DNA from: a virus
Taxonomy: Duplodnaviria; Caudoviricetes
Virus record (IMG/VR): IMGVR_UViG_3300029288_000002
Span: 32,001 to 96,000 of that record
Length of the DNA stretch: 64,000 nucleotides
Strand: one strand, 5' to 3'
Shown piece by piece: positions 39,794-49,265 of this stretch (its first letter is position 1; the number at the start of each line of letters is the position of its first letter). The translations under genes were made by a program, and so were the position numbers. The notes under the pieces are model-generated. The model saw nothing but the letters and a program-made list of their open reading frames with translations, was not told the origin of the DNA and did not search any database.

Positions 39794-40111
39794 TCAAAAA
39801 ATTACTCGACAAAATAGGCTATACTTTGCAGTATAGCCTATTTATTTTACCTTGTTTTGTACAATTTTCCTTGTATAAAAATACACTTTTATATGTAATT
39901 TGCGCGTGAGCCTTTGCGGAGGCGTACAAGTGTATTTTTAGTTTAACTGGTATTTCATCGTTTTCACTGGTAAAATCGCTTAGAATCGCTCCCAATAAAC
40001 TACACAGGCATTGTATAATAGGAGTTTACCGCAAAACTGGTTAATATTGGGGTATTGACAGATAAAAAAGAATGTGATATGATGAAACCAATCTTAGGAA
40101 AGGATTAAACC

Positions 40112-40723
40112 ATGAAAAAAGAAAGAATGATAGAAATACCTGATCAAAATAGCTATACTGGTTATTCCAGTATAGAAGTTGAGTTTTTAGGGAAAGGTTC
40201 TTTCTGTACTTGCTATGTTTGGCAACCTGTACTAGAAGATATTTGGGTAATCTCTTTTCTGAGAATCGGAAATAAAGAATCTGATTATAGTAAAGAAGCA
40301 ATCGCGCTTTACTGCGATAATTCGTTTATACCCCAGATTGAAAACTTAGGGTATAGTAAAGATGAACGATTTATGGTATTCAAATCACCTTTTTACGCTA
40401 AACTTGAGAAGAAGTTTACAGAAGCATGGTTGCAAGCAAAAATGCTGAAAAAAGCATATGACGAAATTGTATATACCTCTGATAACCGCAAATTAACCGG
40501 CTATGAGATTAATCTAAAAATCATAGATCGCTTGACTGAAATGAATTTGAATGAGCGTTTATTAGATGCACTAATCGAATTAAACGACTCACTATGCAAT
40601 TATGATGACAGTTACCGTTTTGAATTTCCTACCAGAAATTTAAAGGTAGATGAAAAGGGTAATTTAATCCTGTTAGATGTAATTTTCAACAGTAAAGCGT
40701 TACGGGATCGCTTTGAAAGTTAA
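40112..40723 (+). CDS. Protein-kinase-like protein (atypical)
   Basis: Gly loop 'FLGKGSF', catalytic-loop-like 'EFPTRNL', 'LILLD'; own promoter and terminator. Confidence 0.6.
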   Translation: MKKERMIEIPDQNSYTGYSSIEVEFLGKGSFCTCYVWQPVLEDIWVISFLRIGNKESDYSKEAIALYCDNSFIPQIENLGYSKDERFMVFKSPFYAKLEKKFTEAWLQAKMLKKAYDEIVYTSDNRKLTGYEINLKIIDRLTEMNLNERLLDALIELNDSLCNYDDSYRFEFPTRNLKVDEKGNLILLDVIFNSKALRDRFES

Positions 40724-40879
40724 AAATAAATTTACTCCAACAAACAAAAAAGACGGCTAACGACCGTCTTTTATTTTGCATAGAAATATGACAATTTTTA
40801 TACAAAACATCAGATTGTCAAAAAGGCTTGACAATTCCCAAAAAGAGAGTAAAATTATAGACAAGAAAGGAACTAAGCT

Positions 40880-41089
40880 ATGGATACAATCGAGTTTACA
40901 AAGTTAGATGAAAACATGCAAGAAACAATTAGCTTGTATGCTTACATGAATAATTGTACAATCGAAGATTTTTTGCGCTTGTTTTGGGTAATTGTGCTTG
41001 ATACCCATTTTCGCTATTTGTTAGACAGTGAAATGACAAAATCATTTTACACGATATTCTGCGAAATGGGTTATAAACTGGTGATTTAA
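40880..41089 (+). CDS. Hypothetical protein
   Basis: Promoter + RBS. Confidence 0.7.
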   Translation: MDTIEFTKLDENMQETISLYAYMNNCTIEDFLRLFWVIVLDTHFRYLLDSEMTKSFYTIFCEMGYKLVI

Positions 41090-41155
41090 CCTTTTCGCCC
41101 GTGATATGGTAAACTTAGCAAGGCTTAACCAACCACTAAGAAGGAGGAATTAGCC

Positions 41156-41380
41156 ATGAAAAAGCAAAAACAGCAACTGCAGTCATACTCTTTCAAAAGA
41201 GAAATGATTATTATATTTGTCAATAGTCAAACTGATGATCAATTAGACCCCTCTATTTTTCAAAAATTTATTATTACAGGTGAAGCGATTCATTCTGCAG
41301 GATTGGGTAACTGGTTAGTAAAATCTACCAGTATTGACTTACTAAACAACAAAATGTTTGTGTATCTTGAACCAGTATAA
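41156..41380 (+). CDS. Hypothetical protein
   Basis: AGGAGG RBS. Confidence 0.7.
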   Translation: MKKQKQQLQSYSFKREMIIIFVNSQTDDQLDPSIFQKFIITGEAIHSAGLGNWLVKSTSIDLLNNKMFVYLEPV

Positions 41381-41493
41381 TCTTTTCTCGTAGTAATAGA
41401 ACAAAGATTCTATAGAAAAAGGCTTGACAAATAGCAAGAAAGGGCTATAATTATTACATACTGACAGAAGGAAAAAAGGACAATACAACAAAC

Positions 41494-41688
41494 ATGAAAC
41501 GGTTAATCGCAGAAGCTATTTTGAATGTTTTGACCAGCCGATGGTTTCAGAACTGGTATCGGTCTGGTAATTTTTACAAATACCTTACCTCTACAGGTAA
41601 AGTAATTCCTACTAAAGTCCAGATATTGCAAGAAATCGAAAATAATTTTCTTGAATATGTGGACTTTTCAAACGAGGTAGCAAAATGA
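41494..41688 (+). CDS. Hypothetical protein
   Basis: TTGACA-16-TATAAT promoter. Confidence 0.7.
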   Translation: MKRLIAEAILNVLTSRWFQNWYRSGNFYKYLTSTGKVIPTKVQILQEIENNFLEYVDFSNEVAK

Positions 41689-42037
41689 AATACATTCTAG
41701 GCGCATGTTTAGCCACCAGAAAAAAATATGCGCGTATTTTACACAGGAACAACGAGTAAATACAGGCGAATGGATTGAATGGCAAGAAATTTCAGGATTT
41801 GATTTAGCGTGTGAAACATGGAAGTTTTTTACAGGTAACGATCTGAAAGAAGAAGATTTTAACTAAACAAATAAAAAGACTTCTCCCACAAAGAGAAGTT
41901 TTTATTTAGTTATAATCTTGACAATATTTATCTATAAAATACAAAATTTACGCGCAAATTAGCCTGAAAACTGGTCATAAGAACCCTTGACTCTGGGTGA
42001 ATTTGTGGTAAAATAGATTTAATCTTTCAGACATAAG

Positions 42038-42385
42038 GTGACTAAAATGGCTTCTGCAATTGAAATTAAGAACGGAATTATTGAACCTGTCACAGATAAA
42101 CACGGTTTCTATGATATGGTTAAATATTCTATAGCAATTGAGAAATTGCTAATGGCAGCAACTGCCAATGAGATTAAGTTTATGTGGAATAACTATATTG
42201 TCACACTGCCATTAAACATTTTAACTATTTCAAAAGTAAAATATGTGTATAAAGGCAAGGTTAAATGGACAGGTAGCATTAAATTTAAACTCGTTAGCCT
42301 CGAGTTTGTCGAATTTATGATGAATGATGATATTAGACATGATTTTATGCTACCAAAAGAAGTAATTTTTGAGTTGATAAAGTAA
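42038..42385 (+). CDS. Hypothetical protein
   Basis: Cassette; terminator 42400-42431. Confidence 0.7.
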   Translation: MTKMASAIEIKNGIIEPVTDKHGFYDMVKYSIAIEKLLMAATANEIKFMWNNYIVTLPLNILTISKVKYVYKGKVKWTGSIKFKLVSLEFVEFMMNDDIRHDFMLPKEVIFELIK

Positions 42386-42581
42386 AATTGCTCAAATCTA
42401 AAAAAGACTCTGGTCGTTCCAGAGTCTTTTTATTGCATAAAACGCAAGATTTACAACCATTTTGCAATGTAATTGTAATGCAAAACCCTTGCAATAATTA
42501 GAAAGTTTGGTATACTTATATATATGAATGGTAAAGGAAACGCGAAAGCGAAAATTCAACCTTTACTAAGAAGAGGATAGA

Positions 42582-42809
42582 ATGGCTAATAATATTGTAG
42601 AAATTACTGCTGAAACGAAGCTCGTAGAGTTAAATCAGGATTATGAAAATGCTCAGGCTGTAGGCGACGATACCTACAGTTTATGGGGCGAAATTTGTAA
42701 ATATTCAAAACTGCCTGAAACTCAGGTAGTAGAATATCGGATTTTAACTGCCGACGGATACTGGTCATTTGAAACCCGCGAGGAGGCGGCGGATCACATG
42801 ACTCAATAA
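42582..42809 (+). CDS. Hypothetical acidic protein
   Basis: GAGGA RBS. Confidence 0.7.
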   Translation: MANNIVEITAETKLVELNQDYENAQAVGDDTYSLWGEICKYSKLPETQVVEYRILTADGYWSFETREEAADHMTQ

Positions 42810-43010
42810 ATGCGGTATTGCGGTAGATAGAATTACCGCAATGAAAGTCGTTGAAAATTGTTTTGGCTAATTCTAAAATCCCTTTGACCAAAATCGAAGG
42901 GATTTTTATTTTACCCCTTGACAAATTTTAGCAAGTGCGCTAAAATAAATACAGATAAACATACCAGATAGCCAGAAGCTAAAAATCAACTGGTACGAAA
43001 AGAGGACAAA

Positions 43011-43340
43011 ATGAGAACGATTGAAATGACTTGCGATCAGTGTGATCGCGTACATACTGTGGAGTTTGGGGAATCCTTTGAATGCGAATGCGGAAACCCC
43101 ATATCTGCACCAGACTTTAGCGATTATACTGATACCTTCATGATCTATGGCACATATAATTGTGCAACTTGCTACGATTGGGGATGGGGCGGCGAGGGAT
43201 GTCCTGAGTGTGGGCTGGTAAATTCTCCTTGCCCTTCTGAAAGAGAAGATGAGTGTCCACAGTGTCACGACATGGGCGCAAGCCCAGAATGTTGTCATTG
43301 TGGAAAGTCGGTTCGTCGGCTTTCCACAGACGAGGAGTAA
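43011..43340 (+). CDS. Cys-rich acidic multi-zinc-ribbon protein
   Basis: Six CxxC/CxC clusters in 109 aa. Confidence 0.7.
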   Translation: MRTIEMTCDQCDRVHTVEFGESFECECGNPISAPDFSDYTDTFMIYGTYNCATCYDWGWGGEGCPECGLVNSPCPSEREDECPQCHDMGASPECCHCGKSVRRLSTDEE

Positions 43341-43341
43341 T

Positions 43342-43575
43342 ATGACCAATCAACTTTGGATTCAAATGCTAAAAGATAACGATAGTGGATTGCTCGCGCA
43401 ATTCCCCTATCTGTCCGATCAGCGCATTGTTGATCAGCAAGATGATCTTGCTGAAACAGATGTAATGTGGTACATTGTTGATCTTGCAGAAATGCAAGAT
43501 ACCACTGGAGCGCAAGATATTTTCCTTCGCTCGCATCAGGACGAAATCCTGACATGGGAAGTAGGGAAATATTAA
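43342..43575 (+). CDS. Hypothetical acidic protein
   Basis: GAGGAG RBS; terminator 43574-43613. Confidence 0.7.
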   Translation: MTNQLWIQMLKDNDSGLLAQFPYLSDQRIVDQQDDLAETDVMWYIVDLAEMQDTTGAQDIFLRSHQDEILTWEVGKY

Positions 43576-43711
43576 AAAAAAAAGACTTCTTAGAAATAAG
43601 AAGTCTTCTTTTTGTATAATTACAACTTGGTTGCAATCGCTAAAACCAGTTGCATTTGCAGAAAAATGAGTTATAATATTATTATCTTGACTGACAAAAA
43701 GGAATTGACAT

Positions 43712-43975
43712 ATGAAACACTTTTACGCTTTACATTCGTATATGGGCTTGAATTTTACTTATGATAGTCCCTGCTGGTCTGTGTATCGCTTTGACTCGCA
43801 GAAAGAACGTGAGTTATGGATGAAAGATCATGAGTATTGTGACAACAAGTGGGTTGCACAGGTAGCAACCCGCAAAGAAGCTGAAAAAGTGCGTAAGTAT
43901 TTTACACCAGTATATTGGAACGAATTAGAAAAGGATTTTTGCCCAGGCGAACAGGAAGATTTTAAACCAGAATAA
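43712..43975 (+). CDS. Hypothetical protein
   Basis: Promoter + AAGGA RBS. Confidence 0.7.
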   Translation: MKHFYALHSYMGLNFTYDSPCWSVYRFDSQKERELWMKDHEYCDNKWVAQVATRKEAEKVRKYFTPVYWNELEKDFCPGEQEDFKPE

Positions 43976-44027
43976 TCAAAGATAAATTGCACAAAATAGC
44001 CTGATAACTCATTATTTTATAGCATTC

Positions 44028-44130
44028 TTACCAGAAAGCGTTATAAACGATTATTAGCGTAACGGGCATAAGAACTACCTTTTCATCAGCAAAATCGCTC
44101 TCAGTCTTTTCTGGTGGCATACAGAGGCAT
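44028..44130 (+). repeat. Dispersed core+arm element, copy D
   Basis: CCAGAAAG..GGGCATAAGAACTACCT-10-AAAATCGCTCTCAGTCTTTTCTGGTGGCATACAGAGGC. Confidence 0.7.
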
Positions 44131-44206
44131 TGCAGAAAGGCAACTAAAAGTAAAATTGGTGTAAATTGGGGGATTGACAAATACAGAAAAAAGACTATAA
44201 TAAATA

Positions 44207-44392
44207 ATGTAAGACACAAGAAAGAACGTCTTACAAAGACTAACGGTAACTGAGTACCGTTCCCGATCCGGCAGGGTTAATCCGAGTTACACCTGTGAGT
44301 TCAGTCTAACCAATGGTACAAGCACAGGCAGAAATGAACGTGACAAGTTGGGATAAACAGGCGGCTTGATACCGTAGGATAGACTCAACTAA
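44207..44392 (+). ncRNA. Candidate structured non-coding RNA
   Basis: Follows TTGACA-16-TATAAT (44174-44201); no ORF; many nested complementary segments. Confidence 0.5.
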
Positions 44393-44505
44393 AACAACAC
44401 TTTTATGACCGAAAAAGAGGACAGTATGAACCTTTTAGAACAAAGAGCAAGAGAGAGAGTTGATACTATGGGGTTTACCCAAAACGAAGAAGAGGAAAAT
44501 CTATA

Positions 44506-44712
44506 ATGAATCAATCGCCTTTTTGGTCAAAGGATGAGAAGAAATCTGATTTGTGGTGGTATACCCCCAACATATTAGATAAACCAATGGGGAAAATTCG
44601 TAAATCTGATACTGTTTGGATTTGGGCTTGCTATTTTGACAAACGGGATTCTGGTTGTGCTAATACTGACGAAGAAGCTAAACAGGAAATTCTAAAGCGA
44701 TGGTATAAATAG
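44506..44712 (+). CDS. Hypothetical Trp-rich protein
   Basis: GAGGA RBS. Confidence 0.7.
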   Translation: MNQSPFWSKDEKKSDLWWYTPNILDKPMGKIRKSDTVWIWACYFDKRDSGCANTDEEAKQEILKRWYK

Positions 44713-44847
44713 CCACTAAAACGGGCATCAAATCCGCTTTTTATCAACAAAGAAGCTACCGAAAATTGGTAGCTTCTTTTCGTAAATTGCTTATTGACTT
44801 TTTGGGTATAAGTGGTTATACCGTAAGTACAAATCGCTCAAAGGAGT

Positions 44848-45141
44848 TTGGCAATGACACAAGAAAACAAAGTTAAGACATATAAGAAATCCGCTATAGC
44901 GTTACAAAATAGCGGAAAATATCACGGGAACATTGTATCTTTTGTTCCTGTTGGTATGAAATTGTCGGATAGACTTGCTGTAGTCTATCCTAATGGCAGC
45001 AAAGGGGATAACTGGACATTTATTGTCGGTAAAGGTACTACTGCAATGAACGAGGCTGCCGGTACTATGCCAACAGAAGAGCAGTCAATTGCAGCAGTAT
45101 GGGCTATTCTTTCTATTTTGGATATTGTGAAAGAAGGGTAA
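44848..45141 (+). CDS. Hypothetical protein
   Basis: AAGGAG RBS. Confidence 0.7.
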   Translation: MAMTQENKVKTYKKSAIALQNSGKYHGNIVSFVPVGMKLSDRLAVVYPNGSKGDNWTFIVGKGTTAMNEAAGTMPTEEQSIAAVWAILSILDIVKEG

Positions 45142-45143
45142 TA

Positions 45144-45344
45144 ATGCCACAAACGATTGACCAAAAAAGATTTAACGCAGTTATGAAGAGTATCAATAAT
45201 TGGTCACTGTGGCCAGTGGATATTATTCCTACTGACGTAAGAGAAAGCACAGGTAATGCTATCAAAGCATTACCGGATAATCTAAGAGACGAAGTTAAAG
45301 ATAGACTCGAAGAGTTATATGGTAATAATGCTGATAAGTATTAA
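45144..45344 (+). CDS. Hypothetical protein
   Basis: Coupled to previous gene. Confidence 0.7.
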   Translation: MPQTIDQKRFNAVMKSINNWSLWPVDIIPTDVRESTGNAIKALPDNLRDEVKDRLEELYGNNADKY

Positions 45345-45624
45345 AACTGCCCCTTGACAAAATTTGAAAAGGGTGTATGATTTAAAAAGGTAGATAAGTT
45401 TATTTTTATTTACCTTCCTTTTTATTTACCGATAATATGAGGAGGTTTATGCTTACTTTTATCGTAATTGTAGTGCTGTTCGTTTTGTTAATTTGTAGTC
45501 TGGTAAAATCGCCAATTAGTTAAAAGAGTCTGCTTATAAGCAAACTCTTTTGTTATGATATTGCAATACTATTTTGGCTAAACTGTGATAGAATAGTATT
45601 ATCTTTCAAATAGGAGAAAGCATT

Positions 45625-45888
45625 ATGTTTTCAAAAGAGGCGCGGTATTTATTGCTTAGTGATTGTATTCAGTTTGGATTATACAATCGCCGCTACATTG
45701 AAACGGTTGTACACGCTAATACTGCTGAAGAATTATCTTGGATGTATTCTGGTCATACCGTTATTGCAAGTTTTAATACAGATGGAAAAATGATCAATGA
45801 CAAGAAGGATTCTCAAACAGTAGTTGATTTTTATGAAAGTAAACTACAATGGTTAAAAGATAATTCTGAAACGTATATTGAATTGTAA
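45625..45888 (+). CDS. Hypothetical protein
   Basis: AGGAG RBS. Confidence 0.7.
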   Translation: MFSKEARYLLLSDCIQFGLYNRRYIETVVHANTAEELSWMYSGHTVIASFNTDGKMINDKKDSQTVVDFYESKLQWLKDNSETYIEL

Positions 45889-45959
45889 TGCGATTGTAAT
45901 ACTACTTTGTGATAACAGTAGTATAATGAGTATAGTAATCAACCAAATAGGAGTTTACG

Positions 45960-46244
45960 ATGGGTACACTTCAACCAGACGGTTCTTATATTTATCTTCC
46001 CGTTACACGGGAAGAATTGGGGAAAATGGTTAGTAATAATATCGTTGAGTATATTGACCCTGTAAAGTTAACAAGGAATACACGAAGTGTTGTTGCTGGT
46101 GATTTTGGCAATAACCACGAATTAGAAATTATGTTTTGTTTAAATGATTTTCCAGTAAGCACAGAACAATTTGATTCGTTGGATTTTGACAAATTTCTTG
46201 ATCGTCTGTTAGAAATTTCAGACGACTGGCATATTCAAAACTGA
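45960..46244 (+). CDS. Hypothetical protein
   Basis: AGGAG RBS. Confidence 0.7.
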   Translation: MGTLQPDGSYIYLPVTREELGKMVSNNIVEYIDPVKLTRNTRSVVAGDFGNNHELEIMFCLNDFPVSTEQFDSLDFDKFLDRLLEISDDWHIQN

Positions 46245-46337
46245 TAATCGCAACTTCATAACAACACTATAAACCCTATTGACATAATAGGCGATAGGGT
46301 TTATAATTTAGGCATCAGTTGAAAAGGAGTTAACAAC

Positions 46338-46667
46338 ATGAAATTAACATTCAAGAAAGAAGCGAGAGAAACGGGGTTGAGGGCAGTGGTAAATCCTACG
46401 CCCTCAACAATTATTAAAATTGAGGGTAAAGAATGGGGACATATATGGGGACATATAATCCCTGCAAGTAGCCACTCTGATTTATTTGCCTGGTCAATCC
46501 AATTTTCCATTGTCAAAAAAGATATTATGGAAGATAAAAACCCAAATTGTATTTGGCGTAATGTCACATTAAAACAAAAATTTAGCAGTGAACCAGAAGC
46601 AAGGGATTGGCTAAAGACAAACTTAGATATGCTGTCTGAAAAATTTACTTTTTATTTACATGAATAA
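46338..46667 (+). CDS. Hypothetical protein
   Basis: TTGACA-17-TATAAT, AAGGAG RBS. Confidence 0.75.
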   Translation: MKLTFKKEARETGLRAVVNPTPSTIIKIEGKEWGHIWGHIIPASSHSDLFAWSIQFSIVKKDIMEDKNPNCIWRNVTLKQKFSSEPEARDWLKTNLDMLSEKFTFYLHE

Positions 46668-46830
46668 AGAAAAAACGGAAGAACGTTAGAAAGAGTTTAA
46701 CCAAAAAAGCGCATAAATTCTGCCTTTTATGCAATTATTCTGTAATTCAATTGCAACACACAAATTACAGGATAGTAGTATAATAGAAACAAGAACGAAA
46801 TCAACCAAAGTAACACTAAAGGAGTTTGAG

Positions 46831-47046
46831 ATGTACACTTTTGAAAAGCGAGGAGATTACTTTTGTGTTTATAACAAAGGGGAATTTATCAATGCTTTCT
46901 ATTCTGCAAAAGAAGCAGATAAGAGTTGTAAGGTTTGGAACAGTTTAGATAATTACCCAAGGTTTACAATCCGTGAATTTTTAGAAACACATAAATTGGA
47001 GATTATTGCCAGTGGTAAATGCCCTTATCCGAAAGTTGTAGCGTGA
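46831..47046 (+). CDS. Hypothetical protein
   Basis: Start after AAGGAG. Confidence 0.7.
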   Translation: MYTFEKRGDYFCVYNKGEFINAFYSAKEADKSCKVWNSLDNYPRFTIREFLETHKLEIIASGKCPYPKVVA

Positions 47047-47168
47047 AGACCTTTTAAAATGGTCTGATAAAATGACACAATATTTAAATATTTAGTGCAA
47101 TTTCAAAACTAATATAAAAAAAAGACTTCTGGATTATCAGAAGTCTTTTTTTATATCCCTGCAGTAAT

Positions 47169-47270
47169 ATCTCTGTAAGCCACCATAAGACACAGAGAGC
47201 GAAGTTGTACATACAAACGCATAATTCTATACATTATAAATTTTAAACGATTGTGGGCTTTCCTGTGAGG
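47169..47270 (-). repeat. Dispersed core+arm element, copy E (reverse orientation)
   Basis: Reverse complement of 47169-47206 matches the 38-bp arm; GATTGTGGGCTTTCCTGTGA matches the reverse complement of the copy A left arm. Confidence 0.7.
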
Positions 47271-47360
47271 TTCAAATTGATAGCTTTTAGGGTATTGACT
47301 TCTACGAGAAAGGGGGTATAATAATTACAGATTGAAAAACTTTTAGATAAGGAGAATGAC

Positions 47361-47735
47361 ATGGGTACAATTCGTGAAGACTTTCTAAGCATGATTGGTG
47401 AAATTGACAATGCTGAATATACTGAAGAGACCGGCGGGGATTTGCAATTAATCTCTATTAAGGGAATTGCAGAAGAAGGATGGCTTCAGCAGGGGTTTCT
47501 TTTTGAAACAGACGAAGATGCACAGAAATTCTTTGAAGAACACAAAACGGAAATCAATAGTATTTTAGCAAAACTGCTAAAAGAAAATGGCTGTGGGTTT
47601 TCAGAGTTGTGTGATATTTATGATCTTTTCTGTGAAGAAGGCGATCCTTTATTTATGTATGTTTTCAATCAAGGGAACGTTGTAAACATTGTCTTGATTG
47701 ATTTATCTCAAAAATTATTAGCCGAAAAGGAGTAA
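47361..47735 (+). CDS. Acidic protein, possible Ocr-like DNA mimic
   Basis: Very D/E-rich; 'DAQKFFEEHKTEINSIL..GDPL..NQ' resembles Ocr-like phage proteins. Confidence 0.45.
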   Translation: MGTIREDFLSMIGEIDNAEYTEETGGDLQLISIKGIAEEGWLQQGFLFETDEDAQKFFEEHKTEINSILAKLLKENGCGFSELCDIYDLFCEEGDPLFMYVFNQGNVVNIVLIDLSQKLLAEKE

Positions 47736-47739
47736 AATT

Positions 47740-48087
47740 ATGTTGATTATCACAAATGCTTTTAGTTTATCTATGCTTGATGGTAACTTTTCATGTAAAC
47801 GGTTTGAAAAGATTACACAACAAGAAGCCGCGCAATGTTTCAATGAATATCGCAACAACTATGACTCTTATATTGGTCATAAGGACACAGGAAGTATTGT
47901 TGCTGATATGTTGGGATATTTTGGTACTTTGTGGGATTCGACTCGCCGCTCTTATGTAGATAAGGATGGTGATTTTATTTTGGTAGCACAATATTCTGGC
48001 ACTCGTTTACCAGAAGGGTCTACAACACTTCCACAAGGGGCTAAGATTGAATTTTGGCTGGTGCAGGAACAACGCTTGCTATATTAA
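47740..48087 (+). CDS. acrIII-1: AcrIII-1 / DUF1874 (YddF, STIV B116-like) cA4 ring nuclease anti-CRISPR
   Basis: 'NAFSLSML..SYIGHKDT..GDFILVAQYSGTRLPEGSTTLP..IEFW' family signature with catalytic GH and RLPEG. Confidence 0.85.
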   Translation: MLIITNAFSLSMLDGNFSCKRFEKITQQEAAQCFNEYRNNYDSYIGHKDTGSIVADMLGYFGTLWDSTRRSYVDKDGDFILVAQYSGTRLPEGSTTLPQGAKIEFWLVQEQRLLY

Positions 48088-48197
48088 CAACTGTTATAGA
48101 ATTTGACATTTTAGTTATGGAATTGCAATGGAAAACCCATTGCAATTTTTAGTTTAAGTGCTATACTATATCTAACCTTTGATATGGAGTAACGATT

Positions 48198-48698
48198 ATG
48201 ACAGTAGAACAAATGATTGATGAAGTGAAACGCCAGGCAGTAATCCGCAGTTTTTCTATGCCTGAACACGGCTTTATGGCCAATAAAGAAAGTTCTATTG
48301 CAAAGCGGATTGTTGAGCAATCCGCTTTGGCTGAGTACTTTGCTTGTTTAGTTTATCATGCAAAATACAGCAATCTAAACACTAAAGGCGGCGATGGCGG
48401 TTATGACTTTGTTTTACCAAAAACAGGTAAAACTGTTGAGGTAAAGTGGTTAGGATATGTTGGTGGTACAACTACTCCTCGCAGGGAGGGTCATATTCTG
48501 GTACGTGAATCGCGTGGGCTACATGCTGATATTTATGTAGCAGTAATTGGGGATGAAACTACGGGTTTTGAAATTGCTGGCTGGTGTACGCAGCAAGAAT
48601 TATTTGATTCGCCGCGCTTTACTGGCAAAGCGCAAAAAGATGGAACTACTAACAATTATGCAATTCATACCAGTAAATTGCATAAGACCAAACTCTAA
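48198..48698 (+). CDS. PD-(D/E)XK restriction-endonuclease-like protein
   Basis: 'AE..GDGGYDFVL..TVEVK..ADIYVAV..IAGW'. Confidence 0.6.
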   Translation: MTVEQMIDEVKRQAVIRSFSMPEHGFMANKESSIAKRIVEQSALAEYFACLVYHAKYSNLNTKGGDGGYDFVLPKTGKTVEVKWLGYVGGTTTPRREGHILVRESRGLHADIYVAVIGDETTGFEIAGWCTQQELFDSPRFTGKAQKDGTTNNYAIHTSKLHKTKL

Positions 48699-48755
48699 AA
48701 ACCCTTGACATTTTTAGAGTTATCCTTTACAATTAAAGTATAAGGAGATTAAACG

Positions 48756-48968
48756 ATGAATAAGATTCACAACTGGTATGAGGGTTGGATTGTAACTGCT
48801 TTTTACGAGCAGTATGAGGGTGTAGAAAAGTCATTCAAACTTCCCCGTATCAGAGTTGGTAGGTACGGGAAAAAGTCATGGACTATTTCTCCCTGGTTTT
48901 ACTATCTCCCTTATGCCGAAAGTATTTTGGCACATGAGGAGAATCAAAGAGAGAAATTTGAGTATTAA
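48756..48968 (+). CDS. Hypothetical protein
   Basis: Promoter + RBS. Confidence 0.7.
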   Translation: MNKIHNWYEGWIVTAFYEQYEGVEKSFKLPRIRVGRYGKKSWTISPWFYYLPYAESILAHEENQREKFEY

Positions 48969-49265
48969 TTTTTAGTAAATAATAGACAAAATCCTCTTGG
49001 CGAGCGTTTCTTAAAATGCTGTTGGGATTACAACAGAAATACAGACATAGATTTAAAATCCTTGTCTGTTAAATCCAACAAAACAATTTGGGTATTTGAT
49101 ATAACTGACCCATATAATAGTTATGAAACCACCGCATATCTTTTTTATAAAAAGTGCATGATACGGTTAGGTCGTAAATACTAAAAACGTATTACAACTA
49201 TTTTGTAATACGTTTTTCTGTAAAAGGTAGTATAATATATTCAATCTTAGATAAGGAGTTTTACT

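Noticed and set aside
43249-43270. c-type haem motif CPQCH
   Set aside because: No signal peptide and many other CxxC pairs; better explained as zinc ribbons
47215-47245. dif-like Xer site (GCATAA..)
   Set aside because: Lacks the XerD half TTATGTTAAAT; explained as the core of the dispersed element
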